Assembly (NCBI GenBank): GCA_010093605.1
Contig: MU004186.1
Location: forward strand, 575,765 to 639,764
From: Lophium mytilinum
Taxonomy: Eukaryota
Length of the DNA stretch: 64,000 bases
Reading direction: 5' to 3'
This document shows positions 1 to 10,746 of the stretch, in pieces (position 1 is the stretch's first letter; the number at the start of each line of letters is the position of its first letter). The position numbers and the translations under genes were made by a program. The notes beneath the pieces are model-generated. The model saw nothing but the letters and a program-made list of their open reading frames with translations, had not been told where the DNA came from and searched no databases.

Positions 1-490
1 AGCCCTAATTCCACGGAGGGGAAAGTGGAGAGTACAGTGACCGGCCGTGAATCTGGATACACTAGTTTGCCACTGCTTGGGGTACCCCCAAAGCCTTTCG
101 AAAACCCAAGGGCGACGTTGGGTTTCAAGCAGTGTATATTAGACTGCCTCTTGACTATCTGACTACTCAGCAGCCAGGCCACCCCCTACAATGGTGTCGA
201 GTAAGCAAGATTGAAGTCAAGCAGTGACGAATCTGTGTGCCTAGACTTACGTATAGTACTCGTACAATACAATAATTGTCGTATAAACGTAACTTTTCGG
301 GCAGGAAAGACGACAATAAACACAACAGAAGGATTGACAGGTTTTAAAGTAGTGTCAAGAAGTTTTTCGCTCTGGCTGGTTATATGAGACCGCCATAATC
401 TGAGCACTAGTAGTGGAAGGAAAACAGGAAGACAAGCAGTAAACTCTGCCTTATGACCTAACCCTTCTTCGGAAGTTGGTGTCAGCTACT

Positions 491-1653
491 TCAGCCCAAG
501 TTCATCTTGTCGAATGTATTCTCAGCTTCTCGCAGCTGCTTAGCGTCCTCTTCATCGTCCGCCGTTGCTCGAGGTACCATTTCTCCGTCTTCCCGGCCTG
601 GCTTGTATTTGACGCCTTCGTCTCCGTATGGCAGCCCTTCACCCTCCATCTCACCTCCACTCTGCCTGCCCCCACCAGCCGCGAACTGTCCAGTACTCAT
701 ACCCCTCATGACTTCGAACGCCCGGCTGCCTCCGCTGTACTTTCCCTTAGGTGACTGCTTGAACGCACCCTTGCCCTTTGGCGACTGCTTCGAGACACCC
801 TTTCCCTTCGGTGACTGCTTCGGGACACCCTTTCCCTTCGGAGACTGCATGGAGCTTGGGCCTTTTGGGGCGTTATGGGGAGCACCCGAGCCTCTCATGG
901 CCTTAGGCTCTGTAGGAGCTGCATGCACGGGATCGTTGGAGGCAGAAGCTGTCGCACGTGTAGTGGGCTGACCACGGAAGATCGGGTGTAGGTCGGGTCG
1001 GATTGGCAGCACCACTGGGCTGTGATCGGCGTCTTCTTTGTACCAGAGAATGCGGATGGCTGCGGCGTCCGTCTTGTCCAGGCACGGGATGATAGTCCCG
1101 TCAAACGCCACGTAGGCGATGAAGCATTGGCGCAAGGGGGCGAGGGCAAGGTCTTCGCCGGAAGGGCCGGTCTCGTGTTCCTCGAGAAGCAGCTCTGGCC
1201 AGCTCTTTGCTTTCTGCTTGTTTGCTTTCTTGTCGGTGTTGGACGCTCGGTGGCATAGACGGCATCCAAACTCTGGGGCGAGTCCCTCGGCGTCAAGTAA
1301 GTCTCCATTCTAATAATTTTAATTTAGTGTAAGTTGAGAGGAAGGTAAGGGCAGTGACTTACCTCAATGGCCATGCAGTTGGTGGCGCACTTCTCCGGAT
1401 GGTGAACATAGACCCAGTGGCCGCAGCTGAGTCTATGTAACTTTGAAGCTGGCTGCTGGCAAAGTCGATTCTCAGAGGCCTGGAGCCCTGTGCGGCTAAG
1501 GAGGAGCATTTCCTCCCATTCTCCGCCCGCTTTCTTGTCGGCCATCAAGCGCTGTATATCGGCGTAGCTGAGACGCGACTGAATACCAAGGACGGTCTGG
1601 CCCTGCGGTGTAGCGGCCGGCGCCTGGTCTGTACCTCCAAGGGGGGAAGACAT
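491..1653 (-). CDS. Uncharacterised Cys/His-rich protein, tandem paralog 1 (2 exons; intron 1310-1362)
   Basis: The 53-nt phase-0 GTAAGT...TAG intron joins ENRLC..SKLHRLSCGH..CATNC to FGCRLC..WPELLLE..LRQC..DGTIIP; the same motifs occur in paralogs 2 and 3. Confidence 0.8.
740..852 (-). repeat. 30-bp coding tandem repeat, ~4 copies (QSPKGKGxxK)
   Basis: MQSPKGKGVP-KQSPKGKGVS-KQSPKGKGAF-KQSPKGKYS in the translation. Confidence 0.9.
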
Positions 1654-2085
1654 GTTCGGCTTCTTAAGGATGTTTGATCTCGAACACCAAGGTAGAGGAA
1701 GAAGGATGTGACTGATTGAGACTGGTGTTGAGGAGAAAATGTGGGCTCTGCGGGAGCAACGTTAGAGTTATCAAAAGACTGCCAATTTCCGTGTGTTCGC
1801 CGAGGGTACCCGTGGGCTCACATAGAGCCGTATTAAATAGTGAATGCCCACAGCAAGACACACGGCATAAAAGTACTACACAAAATCTCCTGCATAGACT
1901 TAAAGAGGCTGAGTTATATATGAAGAAGGTTTAAGAAGTATAAAGTGTTTGAAGGATTCTGCGCCGGTTGGCTCCAATGACAAAACCAGGCTTTGAGGAG
2001 GATTTAGTATAGAAAACTACGAGAAGTACCTTCACATACTCTACCACCTATCTTGAGAGCGCACACCAATCGACCCATTCCCACC

Positions 2086-3405
2086 CTACTTCAGGGTTAT
2101 CGCTTGAAGCTTTTGTCGAGCCTCCTCAAGCTTCTTCCGCTCTTCTAACTCCTTGTGCTTGTGCTCACTGGCCAACTTCAGCTGCTCACGCTTCCTGCGA
2201 CGAGTTTCCTTATCATTTTGCGAAGAAAGACCACCGACCCGCATCTCGCTCTCCTCCGATCCCTCTATGGACGTAACCGTTTCATCGCTATAGCCCAGTA
2301 CCGGGCCACCCGCGTCCGTCGCGTCGTCGCCCACCCTCTGCTTGCCTTTGCCCTTCTCTTTAGCTTCTTGAGCACTTCTGATCGCCGCCGCCTTCGCCTT
2401 CCCATGCTTCTTCACTGCTTCCCGTTTACGACGGTTGCGATCGCGAGTAGCCGGCTTGCCGCTGCCAGGTTGGACACTAATTTGCGGGGGTTTGGCAGCA
2501 TGAGCCTTTGGAGGAGTAATTCTCACCGGTGAGTAGTCGGTACGAACACTCAGACCAGTATGAATACCGGCAAGAAGGTCGCTAGGAACAGTCGGGGCAC
2601 TAGCAGCGGGACTGGCAGACATGTTAGCGTCGATTTGCGAGGGGATGCTGTCCAGGTTGAATCAAGTGAAGTCAATGCTAGCCCAGGCATGAATAACTAT
2701 GGTGGGTTCATACTCCAAGTCGGCACGCTGGAAGAGACGGACGCGCTTTGTCCAGAGAACCCGGATCAGCGCCACGTCGATCGGATCGATCGCAGGGATA
2801 ACGTTTCCATCACTCGCTAGGTAAGCAATATGACAAGCCCGGAGACCCGCGAGCGGACCAGACTGTGCGTCGGGATCGAAGTTATGCTCCAGCAATAAGT
2901 CGACCCAGTTGTCGCCCGGCTCACGGAGAGATAGATCGCTGGACTGTGCCGCGCGTACGCAGATCTGGCATGCAAAGTCCGGTTGCTGAACGTTGATGGG
3001 AAGTTGATTGACATTCTATCGTTTTCAGTATAAATACAAATATTGGTTGTCGTTCATAACACACACCTGCATGGCCAAGCAATTCGGCGCGCAATCAGTA
3101 GCGGAAGGCGTGAAGATGAAGTGGGTGCACTTCAAAACGTGCAGCTTTGAATGAGAGTTTCGGCAGCAACGATTTTCCTTAGAGGCGTCGATGGCTGAGG
3201 TGGCGGAGGCGGAGGAGGAGACCGCAGGAAGGGTGACCTCGTACTTCTCCCAAAATCTGCCGACTTCTAAGAAAGCCCTCACGCTGCGCCAGTTCAATTT
3301 GGCTTCAAGGGCCAGGATTTCAGAAGGACGGGATCCGGGCTCCATATTAGTAGGCGTGGCGGCAGACGGCGAACTGAAGTCATTGAAAGATGGGGTGGAA
3401 GTCAT
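2086..3405 (-). pseudogene. Cys/His-rich paralog 2 (intron 3016-3066) with in-frame TGA at 2662-2664; truncated gene or pseudogene
   Basis: Same motifs and intron position as paralogs 1 and 3. ORFs 2662-2895 and 2086-2622 are in the same frame, separated by a single TGA. Confidence 0.7.
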
Positions 3406-3757
3406 GAGGGACGTCAAACGCGAGTTCGATGGAGGATACAAAGACGAGAAGAAGGGAAACTATGGAACGCCAACGGTGTGTTGGAGAAGAGGGCAAAGAT
3501 CTAGGGGTGGTGACAAGAGTTCTGGGGAAAAGGTTGTGGCCCGTGTAAACGCACGGGCGTAGGTGAAGAGAAGCGAAGAGGTGAATTTAATGCGAAACTC
3601 TAACGCAAAGATAGAGCACCAGACGCCAAAAAATGAAAAGAGAATTCAATGATTTACCGCGCGTTGTGCAGCGGAAGTGAACAGAGGAGTAAAGGTAGAC
3701 ACGCTATAAGACTGGAAGCACAAGTCAGCGCCCACGACCTTCCCATCCCATCCACCT

Positions 3758-5093
3758 CTACCCCAGAGCCATCTTATCCAGGCCCTGCTCTGCGTCCCGA
3801 ATTTTCTTCGCCGTCTCCTCATCGTCCTCCATGGGTTCGCCCTCCTCGGCCTTTTCCTCGCTTTTGTTTGCACTATCCTTTGCAAGCTTTCTTTTAGCCT
3901 CCTCCTCAGCTTCCTGCTTCGTCTTCGTCTCCTTTTCTGCCTTCCTCCGCTCTTTCTCCAATTTCTGGCGTTCTCGTTTCTCGCGACGAGCTTTCGTCTC
4001 TTCCTCCGACCGCATACCCGCAACGGACCCCCCGACTCCTTCGTCTCCGTAGTCTAGTCCGGAGTCAGCTGTGGTGCTCGACTCCCTGTGCCCCCCTCTG
4101 CCTCTGGCTGATCGCTGGCCTCTGCTCAACGGCTGGCCTCTACCCGAAGGCAGTCCTCGTCTCGCTCCGCCATCACGCTCTACATTTCTCGCCTCATAGT
4201 CGTAGGCCATCTTCCTCTTGTCTGGCCTGGCTGACTTGCCGCCACCTGGCCCCTTCGGCACCTTGTCGTAGTCAAAGCCAGAGGCATCCACACCAGATGG
4301 ACCTCGGACGGCTGGTGTGAAATCAAGGTCCGCTCGTTGCTTGAGCTTGAAGCGGTGGGTCATCAGCGCGCGGATCAGGGCCGAGTCGATTGGCTCGACA
4401 GCTGGAATCAACGTGCCATCTTTCGCCATGAACACGACCTGGCAAGCTCGGAGGCCAGTGAGTGGAGTTGAATCCCGCTCAAAGTTCTCTTCCAAGAGCA
4501 AGTCAACCCAGTGGTTTCCAGGTGTACGAAGGGCAGGATTGTTGGCTTGTGCGGCACGGAGGCACAGTTGGCAGCCGAAGTGTGGCCCTTGGACGGTGGC
4601 GGGAAGGGGAGTCGGGTGCTACTAGTGTCAGTACATCTTTTGCTGTGTGAGGTGCATAACATCCTATACGTACCTGACCACCCAAGCAGTTCGGGGCACA
4701 GTCAGTGGCCGAGGGAGTCCAAACATAGTGCAGGCACTGCAAGCGGTGCAACTTCGAGAAGCTTCCCTTGCACGTGCGATTTTCTTTGGCGGGATCAAGG
4801 GCAAGTGTGATGGGCGGAGAGGTTGCTGTTGAAGAGGAGGCAACCAGGCCAGATCCGGTGGAAGCGGACGAAGTTGCAGCGGGAATACTGAGACGAGAAG
4901 GAGTCGACCCAGCTTCGGTGGGCATCACCTCCTCGTACTTGCCCCAAAACTTGCCCACTTGTAAGAAAGCAACGACCGACTTAATATCCAGCCTGGCCTG
5001 GAGTTCAAGGATCTCAGAGGCAGGGGCAGCAGAAGGGGCCTCGCCGGCGGTAGAGTAGAGACCAGTCAAGTCGAAGGCGCCAGAAAAAGCCAT
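3758..5093 (-). CDS. Uncharacterised Cys/His-rich protein, tandem paralog 3 (intron 4619-4673)
   Basis: The GTACGT..TACTGAC..TAGTAG intron joins KENRTC..SKLHRLQCLH..CAPNC to FGCQLC..WVDLLLE..LRAC..DGTLIP; charged C-terminal tail ending DKMALG (paralog 1 ends DKMNLG). Confidence 0.82.
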
Positions 5094-5517
5094 ATTGTGG
5101 GTTGTGCCGCTTTTGGAGAGAAAATGTGGATAGAAAGGAGAGAGAACCGTCTACCCGAGGTGCGTGAGTAGCTGTTGTTGGACTTTTGCTGGTGCTGTTG
5201 ACGGAAGCAAGTCTAGTGAAGCAACAGTATCAACATATTATGCAGTGGCTAGCTTCTATGCGCCACGTGGAAGCTGCTAGTGATAGTGAATGGCCTTGAT
5301 ATCGCAGGCAAAGCGCTTGGAACCCCATATTACGCCTCTCGTCGGCTGTCTAATAGGAACATCCGAAGACGAGGGCCGCATGTTACGTGATTTTTAAGGG
5401 AAACAAATTAGAACAGCTTGAACGAGTCACTGGTTGAAGCTACTGCTATCATCATGAAGACGCCGGCCTTACGCTCTTAAATACTTCGTTCGTAGCCTAG
5501 AAGCCGTTCACATTGGG

Positions 5518-6533
5518 TCACGCGCCGTGTTTGTCTTCGTAGACGACCACGGTCATATGGAGCGGTGGGCAAGACTGGCTTGATGTGACTTCGAGTTTGC
5601 CCGACAATGAGACCGATCGAAGCCACCTTGACACCTTCACGAGGCGGAAAAAGGTATAGAAATGACCACCTAACTCTCGCTGCCTGACGACGCTATTGAA
5701 ATCGAACGAGGTATCGTCACTATTGAAAATGACACTATGAACGAGCGTGACAGGATTGAAAGTTCGCCTACCTATGTAACGGATCGAAGCCAGTCTAGTA
5801 TTTCTAAGAGGGCCATGAAATAGCAACCAGACCTACGAGATTCGCGCTGCATGGCCTATGCTTGTCTCCATTAGAGCCGAAATCGGCGATGTTGAGTACT
5901 CGTTTTGCGAGCGTGAACAACGCTCGGGAGTCATCCAACTCGCTATACGCCTACACATCAGTCACGCTCATACCGCTCGATATCAAGCCTGTGGAATCTG
6001 ACATTCAGCCATAGAAGGGTCAGGAGCCCTCCAGCACGTTACCAATAACTGCACAGCAGTCTGACACCAGTACCTAGTATGCAGCGCCTCAACAATGTCC
6101 CTTTCGTAGGCGCCCCCAATCTGTCTTGCAACCTTGCAATGATTTACCTACCTTGATTCTATTGAGAAGCCTCCTACTCAATCGTCAAAGTTGAAAACAT
6201 AACTATTCATGATTCTGAACCGCTCTTCCGCTGTGAGCTTGTTCGCCGTGTCACAGACGCACTTGTTCCCGCAAAAGCAGCCATCGCGTAGAAGAATAGT
6301 CTTGATACCTTCAAAGGCGCAGGGAGTTGAGCAGTTACACTTAGGAGGCCTATTGATATGTTAGTATTGTTGGTAAGTCTAAATATACGCATTGAGCTGG
6401 TGTTCAATTGCTCTTGCAAGGTGCTGTCACACCACGAAGCGACCCAGCAATCGCATGGATGGAGTACAGCTGCAACCGGAGCTTTCAACTCAGACAACAT
6501 ACGTCCGGAACGTAGACACGTAATGAGAATCAT
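5518..6533 (-). pseudogene. Possible decayed coding sequence of unknown family
   Basis: Several short protein-like frames broken by stops; no recognisable motif. Confidence 0.2.
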
Positions 6534-6535
6534 GC

Positions 6536-7774
6536 TTACCAGTGATGTCCAGTCATGTTCATATATGTCCTCAACTCTGATCTGAGATCATGATGAACTC
6601 CGTTCCGCTCGTCTGTCAGAATCTTGTCCCAGCCATTCTTGACGCTGGTTTTGATGTATCCGGTCAGGTCAACCCGGGGAATGTGCTGAATCCACTTCTT
6701 TGCTGCAGTGAGAATCCAGTGTACCACTACCTTGTTGCACGAAGTAGATTGCTGAAGTACGAGCGTTGACCTCGCTGGAAATTTCCGCCATAGATATGGG
6801 TCTGTCTGAATGCCGTACTTGGTACTCTGGAAATTGAGCTCTAAATGGCGGAGATTGGACATGTAAGTCGAAGCGAGACATTGCGCAGGCGGATGTGAGC
6901 TTCGATTGTATTTTGGAGTCGGAAGCCCGAAGAAATACATGAAGCTCTCCATCATGAAGTCGAGTTTGATGTGCGTGAAGGTGGAGAGATCAAACTTCAT
7001 TGGTCCATCCTTGAAGTAAAATGCCCCAAACGCGCCGGGGTCGAGGAATATCTTGCGACTCTTCATCCAGCCAAGCTCGAATGACTCGTGAAACAGCTGC
7101 TTGTTTGCTAGCATAAGAGCTCTATTTGGTGGCTCCGCATTGGTCGGTTGGTCGTGATATGGTCTATCACGATGAAAGGTCATCCCTCCTGGTATACCTC
7201 GGCCAAGCAAGCGAACATCCTCGACGGAAGGCTCATCATAGCCCCGGATATAGAGAGAGTCGTTGAGAGTAGGGTAGATGTCTCGTCCGATGGCATGTCC
7301 GTAGATTTGATTTCGTAGTTCTCCAGGAAGCTCCAGGAATAAAAAAGCTTTTCCAGTCGTCTTCCACCACTCCATTTGACCCTTGTAGCCTCCTGAGTCA
7401 TCGCTCTCAACATCCTGTTTGTCTATCCAGCTTTGCAATGAGATCCATTTCTCGGGGACGCCGACTAGAACATCCTGTATTTGAATCTTCTTTGATAGTG
7501 ACGTCCCTACGGCGCAGGCGCTGAGTGGGATACTCTGTGCAGTACGAATAGGATGGAAGCATGGCTTGACTTCAAGAGTGAACTGCCTGATCTGGAACCC
7601 CTCTAGGAGAGGGAGCGGAGCGAAGTTATGCTTCAGCGATGTGTTCGATGCGGCACTGACGTCAAACAACCAGGCGCGAAAGTTCGTTCGTTGACGATTG
7701 TCGAGGTAAGATTTCACCGCCTCTATGAACAAGCCATCATTCGATGGTTCCGGAAGACCAAATTCGCTCGACAT
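6536..7774 (-). CDS. Hypothetical protein with internal F-box-like/2EXR-like motif
   Basis: 412-aa intronless ORF; FLFLELPGELRNQIY motif typical of fungal F-box-like hypothetical proteins. Confidence 0.75.
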   Translation of the reverse strand: MSSEFGLPEPSNDGLFIEAVKSYLDNRQRTNFRAWLFDVSAASNTSLKHNFAPLPLLEGFQIRQFTLEVKPCFHPIRTAQSIPLSACAVGTSLSKKIQIQDVLVGVPEKWISLQSWIDKQDVESDDSGGYKGQMEWWKTTGKAFLFLELPGELRNQIYGHAIGRDIYPTLNDSLYIRGYDEPSVEDVRLLGRGIPGGMTFHRDRPYHDQPTNAEPPNRALMLANKQLFHESFELGWMKSRKIFLDPGAFGAFYFKDGPMKFDLSTFTHIKLDFMMESFMYFFGLPTPKYNRSSHPPAQCLASTYMSNLRHLELNFQSTKYGIQTDPYLWRKFPARSTLVLQQSTSCNKVVVHWILTAAKKWIQHIPRVDLTGYIKTSVKNGWDKILTDERNGVHHDLRSELRTYMNMTGHHW

Positions 7775-8048
7775 GGTTGCGATCCGGCGGTTGATGATGA
7801 TTGTGGGGTGGGGATGCGGGCGTGGTGGCAGTGCAGCCCGGGCAGCTTTCCAATTATACTATTCTAAGTGCCAAGGCTGAATTCTATTTGGGGCTTAGTG
7901 CACTTCACATCCACTTCTAGTTTCGCTTGAGAATTACGCTTTCAGATCAGGCGATCCACGATGGATACTTCACTGGATTTAGGATTCGAATCTGACGACG
8001 CTGAAACCTTCCGGTGTCAAAGTCTAAACCAAAATCTTACACCTAATC

Positions 8049-8982
8049 TTACTCACCCTTCGGATAGTCAGTGCTATGGCTAACATCCTTCCACTCCGTC
8101 AACAAGGCCTCAGTCTCCTCACATTTCCCCCGAATGAATTTCTCTCCGTCGCTCCCCAGTACCAGCCTAACCGGGATTCCTTTCCCTTCCGCAACACCCG
8201 TCTGGGTCAACACATCCACAATCACCTGGGCTCCTTTCTTCACGTCGCCAGGCTGATTGTTGTTCGTTTCATCCAGCACCTTCCTAACCTGTCCCACTGC
8301 GCTCTCGTCATACACCGCCAGCTGCACGCCTGACTTTATTCTCGCGCCCGGGTTCAAGAAATTAGTCCTGAAGTACCCGGGCTCGATCACGGTCACTTGG
8401 ATTCCGAACGCCTCTACCTCTGTACGTAGCGACTCGGTCAACCCTGAAACAGCCCACTTCGTCGCAGCGTATAGCCCGAACGCTGGGCCGCCGCGCCAAG
8501 AGCCTACGCTTCCAAAGCTGGCGATCACACCGCTCTGTTGAGCGCGTAGGTACGGGAGGAAGGCGCGAACGACGTTCAGAGTGCCGAATACATTCGTGTT
8601 AAAGGTATCCTGAGATTCCTCGGGCCTGCGTACGATCTTCAGAAGAGCTTCGGATGCACTGGCGAAATGTCCATACTCACGTGGTCTCTTCAATCGCGCC
8701 CTCGAGGATGTAACCCGCGGCATTGATCAGATGGGTGATGCGACCGTACCTAGAGTGAGCCTCCGCGGCTTTACTCCTTAGTTCTTCGAGAGAGGCCGTC
8801 ACGTCAAGACTCATGACGCCTGCACCTGCGGCTTCAAGATCGGCGAGCTTCGAGGCATTGCGGGCGGTTGCGATCACTTTGTGGCCGCGGCTGAGGGCTT
8901 CGAAGGCAATGTTCTTGCCAAAGCCGCTGGTGCTACCAGTTATAAACCAGACGGGAGTCAAGCTAGAGATCGGAGCAGACAT
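8049..8982 (-). CDS. Short-chain dehydrogenase/reductase (intron 8626-8680)
   Basis: WFITGSTSGFG Rossmann motif, NAAG, catalytic YAATK, IEPGYFRT. Confidence 0.95.
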
Positions 8983-9709
8983 GGTTGGGAAGGTGCTTGA
9001 GTTGATGGATTGAGTGGAGCGGTGATTGAGAAATGAGACAGATGTTCTAAGGATGATGATTAAGGCTCAGATGCAAATGAAAGCTGTCGCGTATGAGACT
9101 AAAAGACAATGACCTAGGAAGAGATGTAATAATGGAGCAGGAAGTTGACCGCTGGCTGCTGTCAGCGTCTTTATATGCCTCGCGCTCGGCTACAACGCGC
9201 TTTCTTGGCTGTGTTGTAGCAAAGCACTGTATCACTGATGGTAAGGGTAACAATCCTGGTATCCGGACGAGAAGATGCAATATATCTCCGTTGCTGTAGA
9301 AGATCGGGGAGAGTTCTAGTGCTGGGGGAATAGCGAAAGGGAATAGTGACGATGGCAAGGGATTAAGACGGATATAAGATGGAGCTAGTGCTATTCGTCG
9401 GGTGCGGAATAGGTAGCGACGAATCCTTGGCGCGTTTTTTCGGTGCCCGTGTTCCCTACCAAAATTTGTATGAGAATCGCGGGAGCACCGCCTAATTGAA
9501 TATCATTTATACTTGCTAAACACCCAGAGAGCCTTATTTATTATTATCTTAAGGTCTGCCACTCAGTGCTAACACCGCTTTTTCACACGAAGACTCCAAT
9601 GTGACCCAATACGCTAATGCGATCTCTTCTGGGGACGTCCCAATCGCGTCACCAAATAAATTGTAGGAACCTTGGGATTTCGTTCAAAAGGGGTGTAGGA
9701 TAGCCATTA

Positions 9710-10510
9710 GTCTAAAAGTGGGTAGCGTAGATACTACCCCGGTCATTCGAGGCGGAGTTCCACGACGTCCCTCCTCCATCACCGACTCTTCTCCACGCCA
9801 TCCCCTAACTCGATCACTTCGCATTGCGGTTATGTAACCTGTCTTCTGATGAGTATGTGTACGCCTGTCTCTTGCTATACAAGGTATCCAGTAGTGCTTT
9901 TACAGATGCACAATAATCAGAGTTCTGTCGTTTTAGATGATCTTCGTGGGCGTCGTCCACGTCTTTTGCATCCCTCCAGGCTTCATGAGTTCTCCCTTGT
10001 CAAATTAAAGAGTAGGTGGAGCGCCAACGCAGAATTCCCGACTCGTTCAGTGTTTCTTCCAAGCATCATACTCAGAATCGCCGATTTCGACCCTCCCAAG
10101 GCGTAGAACTCCCTCCGGCTTCCCAGGCTCCATCCCCTATCAACCTGAAGGCGCCACCATCTACTTCATCCGCACCGAGGCGCAAGAAAACGGTCCTCCA
10201 AATCCGGTCGTTGCATAGCCATCAATAATAGCCTGCACGGAAGCCTGCAAGTTTCGAGTTAGCAGTGAAAGTGGAAATAAGTCGGACGAAGCCTTCACAT
10301 CCGCCCTCCGCGCTTACGAGCTCTGTGTCACCTCGGAGAAGCAAACCTCGAACGCCTTCCTGATCTCCACCCTCGTCCTCAAGTGCAAGAAGCTGAAGTG
10401 GGAGGAGCTGTTTGAGCGCCTTCCTACTGGCGGAAAATCCAAAAGATTGAGTGGCGGGAAGGTCCCTAAAACTTCTTCTCGAGCTTTGGAAAAGGTTCAG
10501 GAAACGCAAC
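9710..10510 (-). pseudogene. Possible decayed coding sequence downstream of the noxR fragment
   Basis: Protein-like frames (e.g. LCNDRIWRTVFLR) interrupted by multiple stops. Confidence 0.2.
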
Positions 10511-10621
10511 TAGTCGACTGTACCCGCTCTATGTCAGGTACCACCGATCCTGGCCGGCTCAACTGACAGCACGAAGCCCACGCGCTGAGGTCTGATGGGA
10601 GATAGGTAACAGTGATGCCAC

Positions 10622-10741
10622 GTCGTTGAAGTTTGCGAGAGCCTCCTCAAAGTCGCCCATGAGGAAATTGGACACGCCCTGTTGGAAGTTCGCTACGGCG
10701 AGGTACTGGTCCAGCCGCACTGCGCGCTGGTAGCAGTCCAC
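10622..10741 (-). pseudogene. noxR: Isolated noxR (NADPH oxidase regulator, p67phox-like TPR) exon fragment; possibly the 3' exon of a chimeric gene
   Basis: VDCYQRAVRLDQYLAVANFQQGVSNFLMGDFEEALANFND closely matches the fungal NoxR TPR segment as I recall it; preceded by GCTAAT branch and CAG acceptor; rest of noxR absent from the window. Confidence 0.85.
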
Positions 10742-10746
10742 CTGTT

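Noticed and set aside
4619..4625. TAGTAG (NAGNAG) acceptor in paralog 3
   Set aside because: The proximal AG would add a stop but is very close to the branch site; no evidence that it is used
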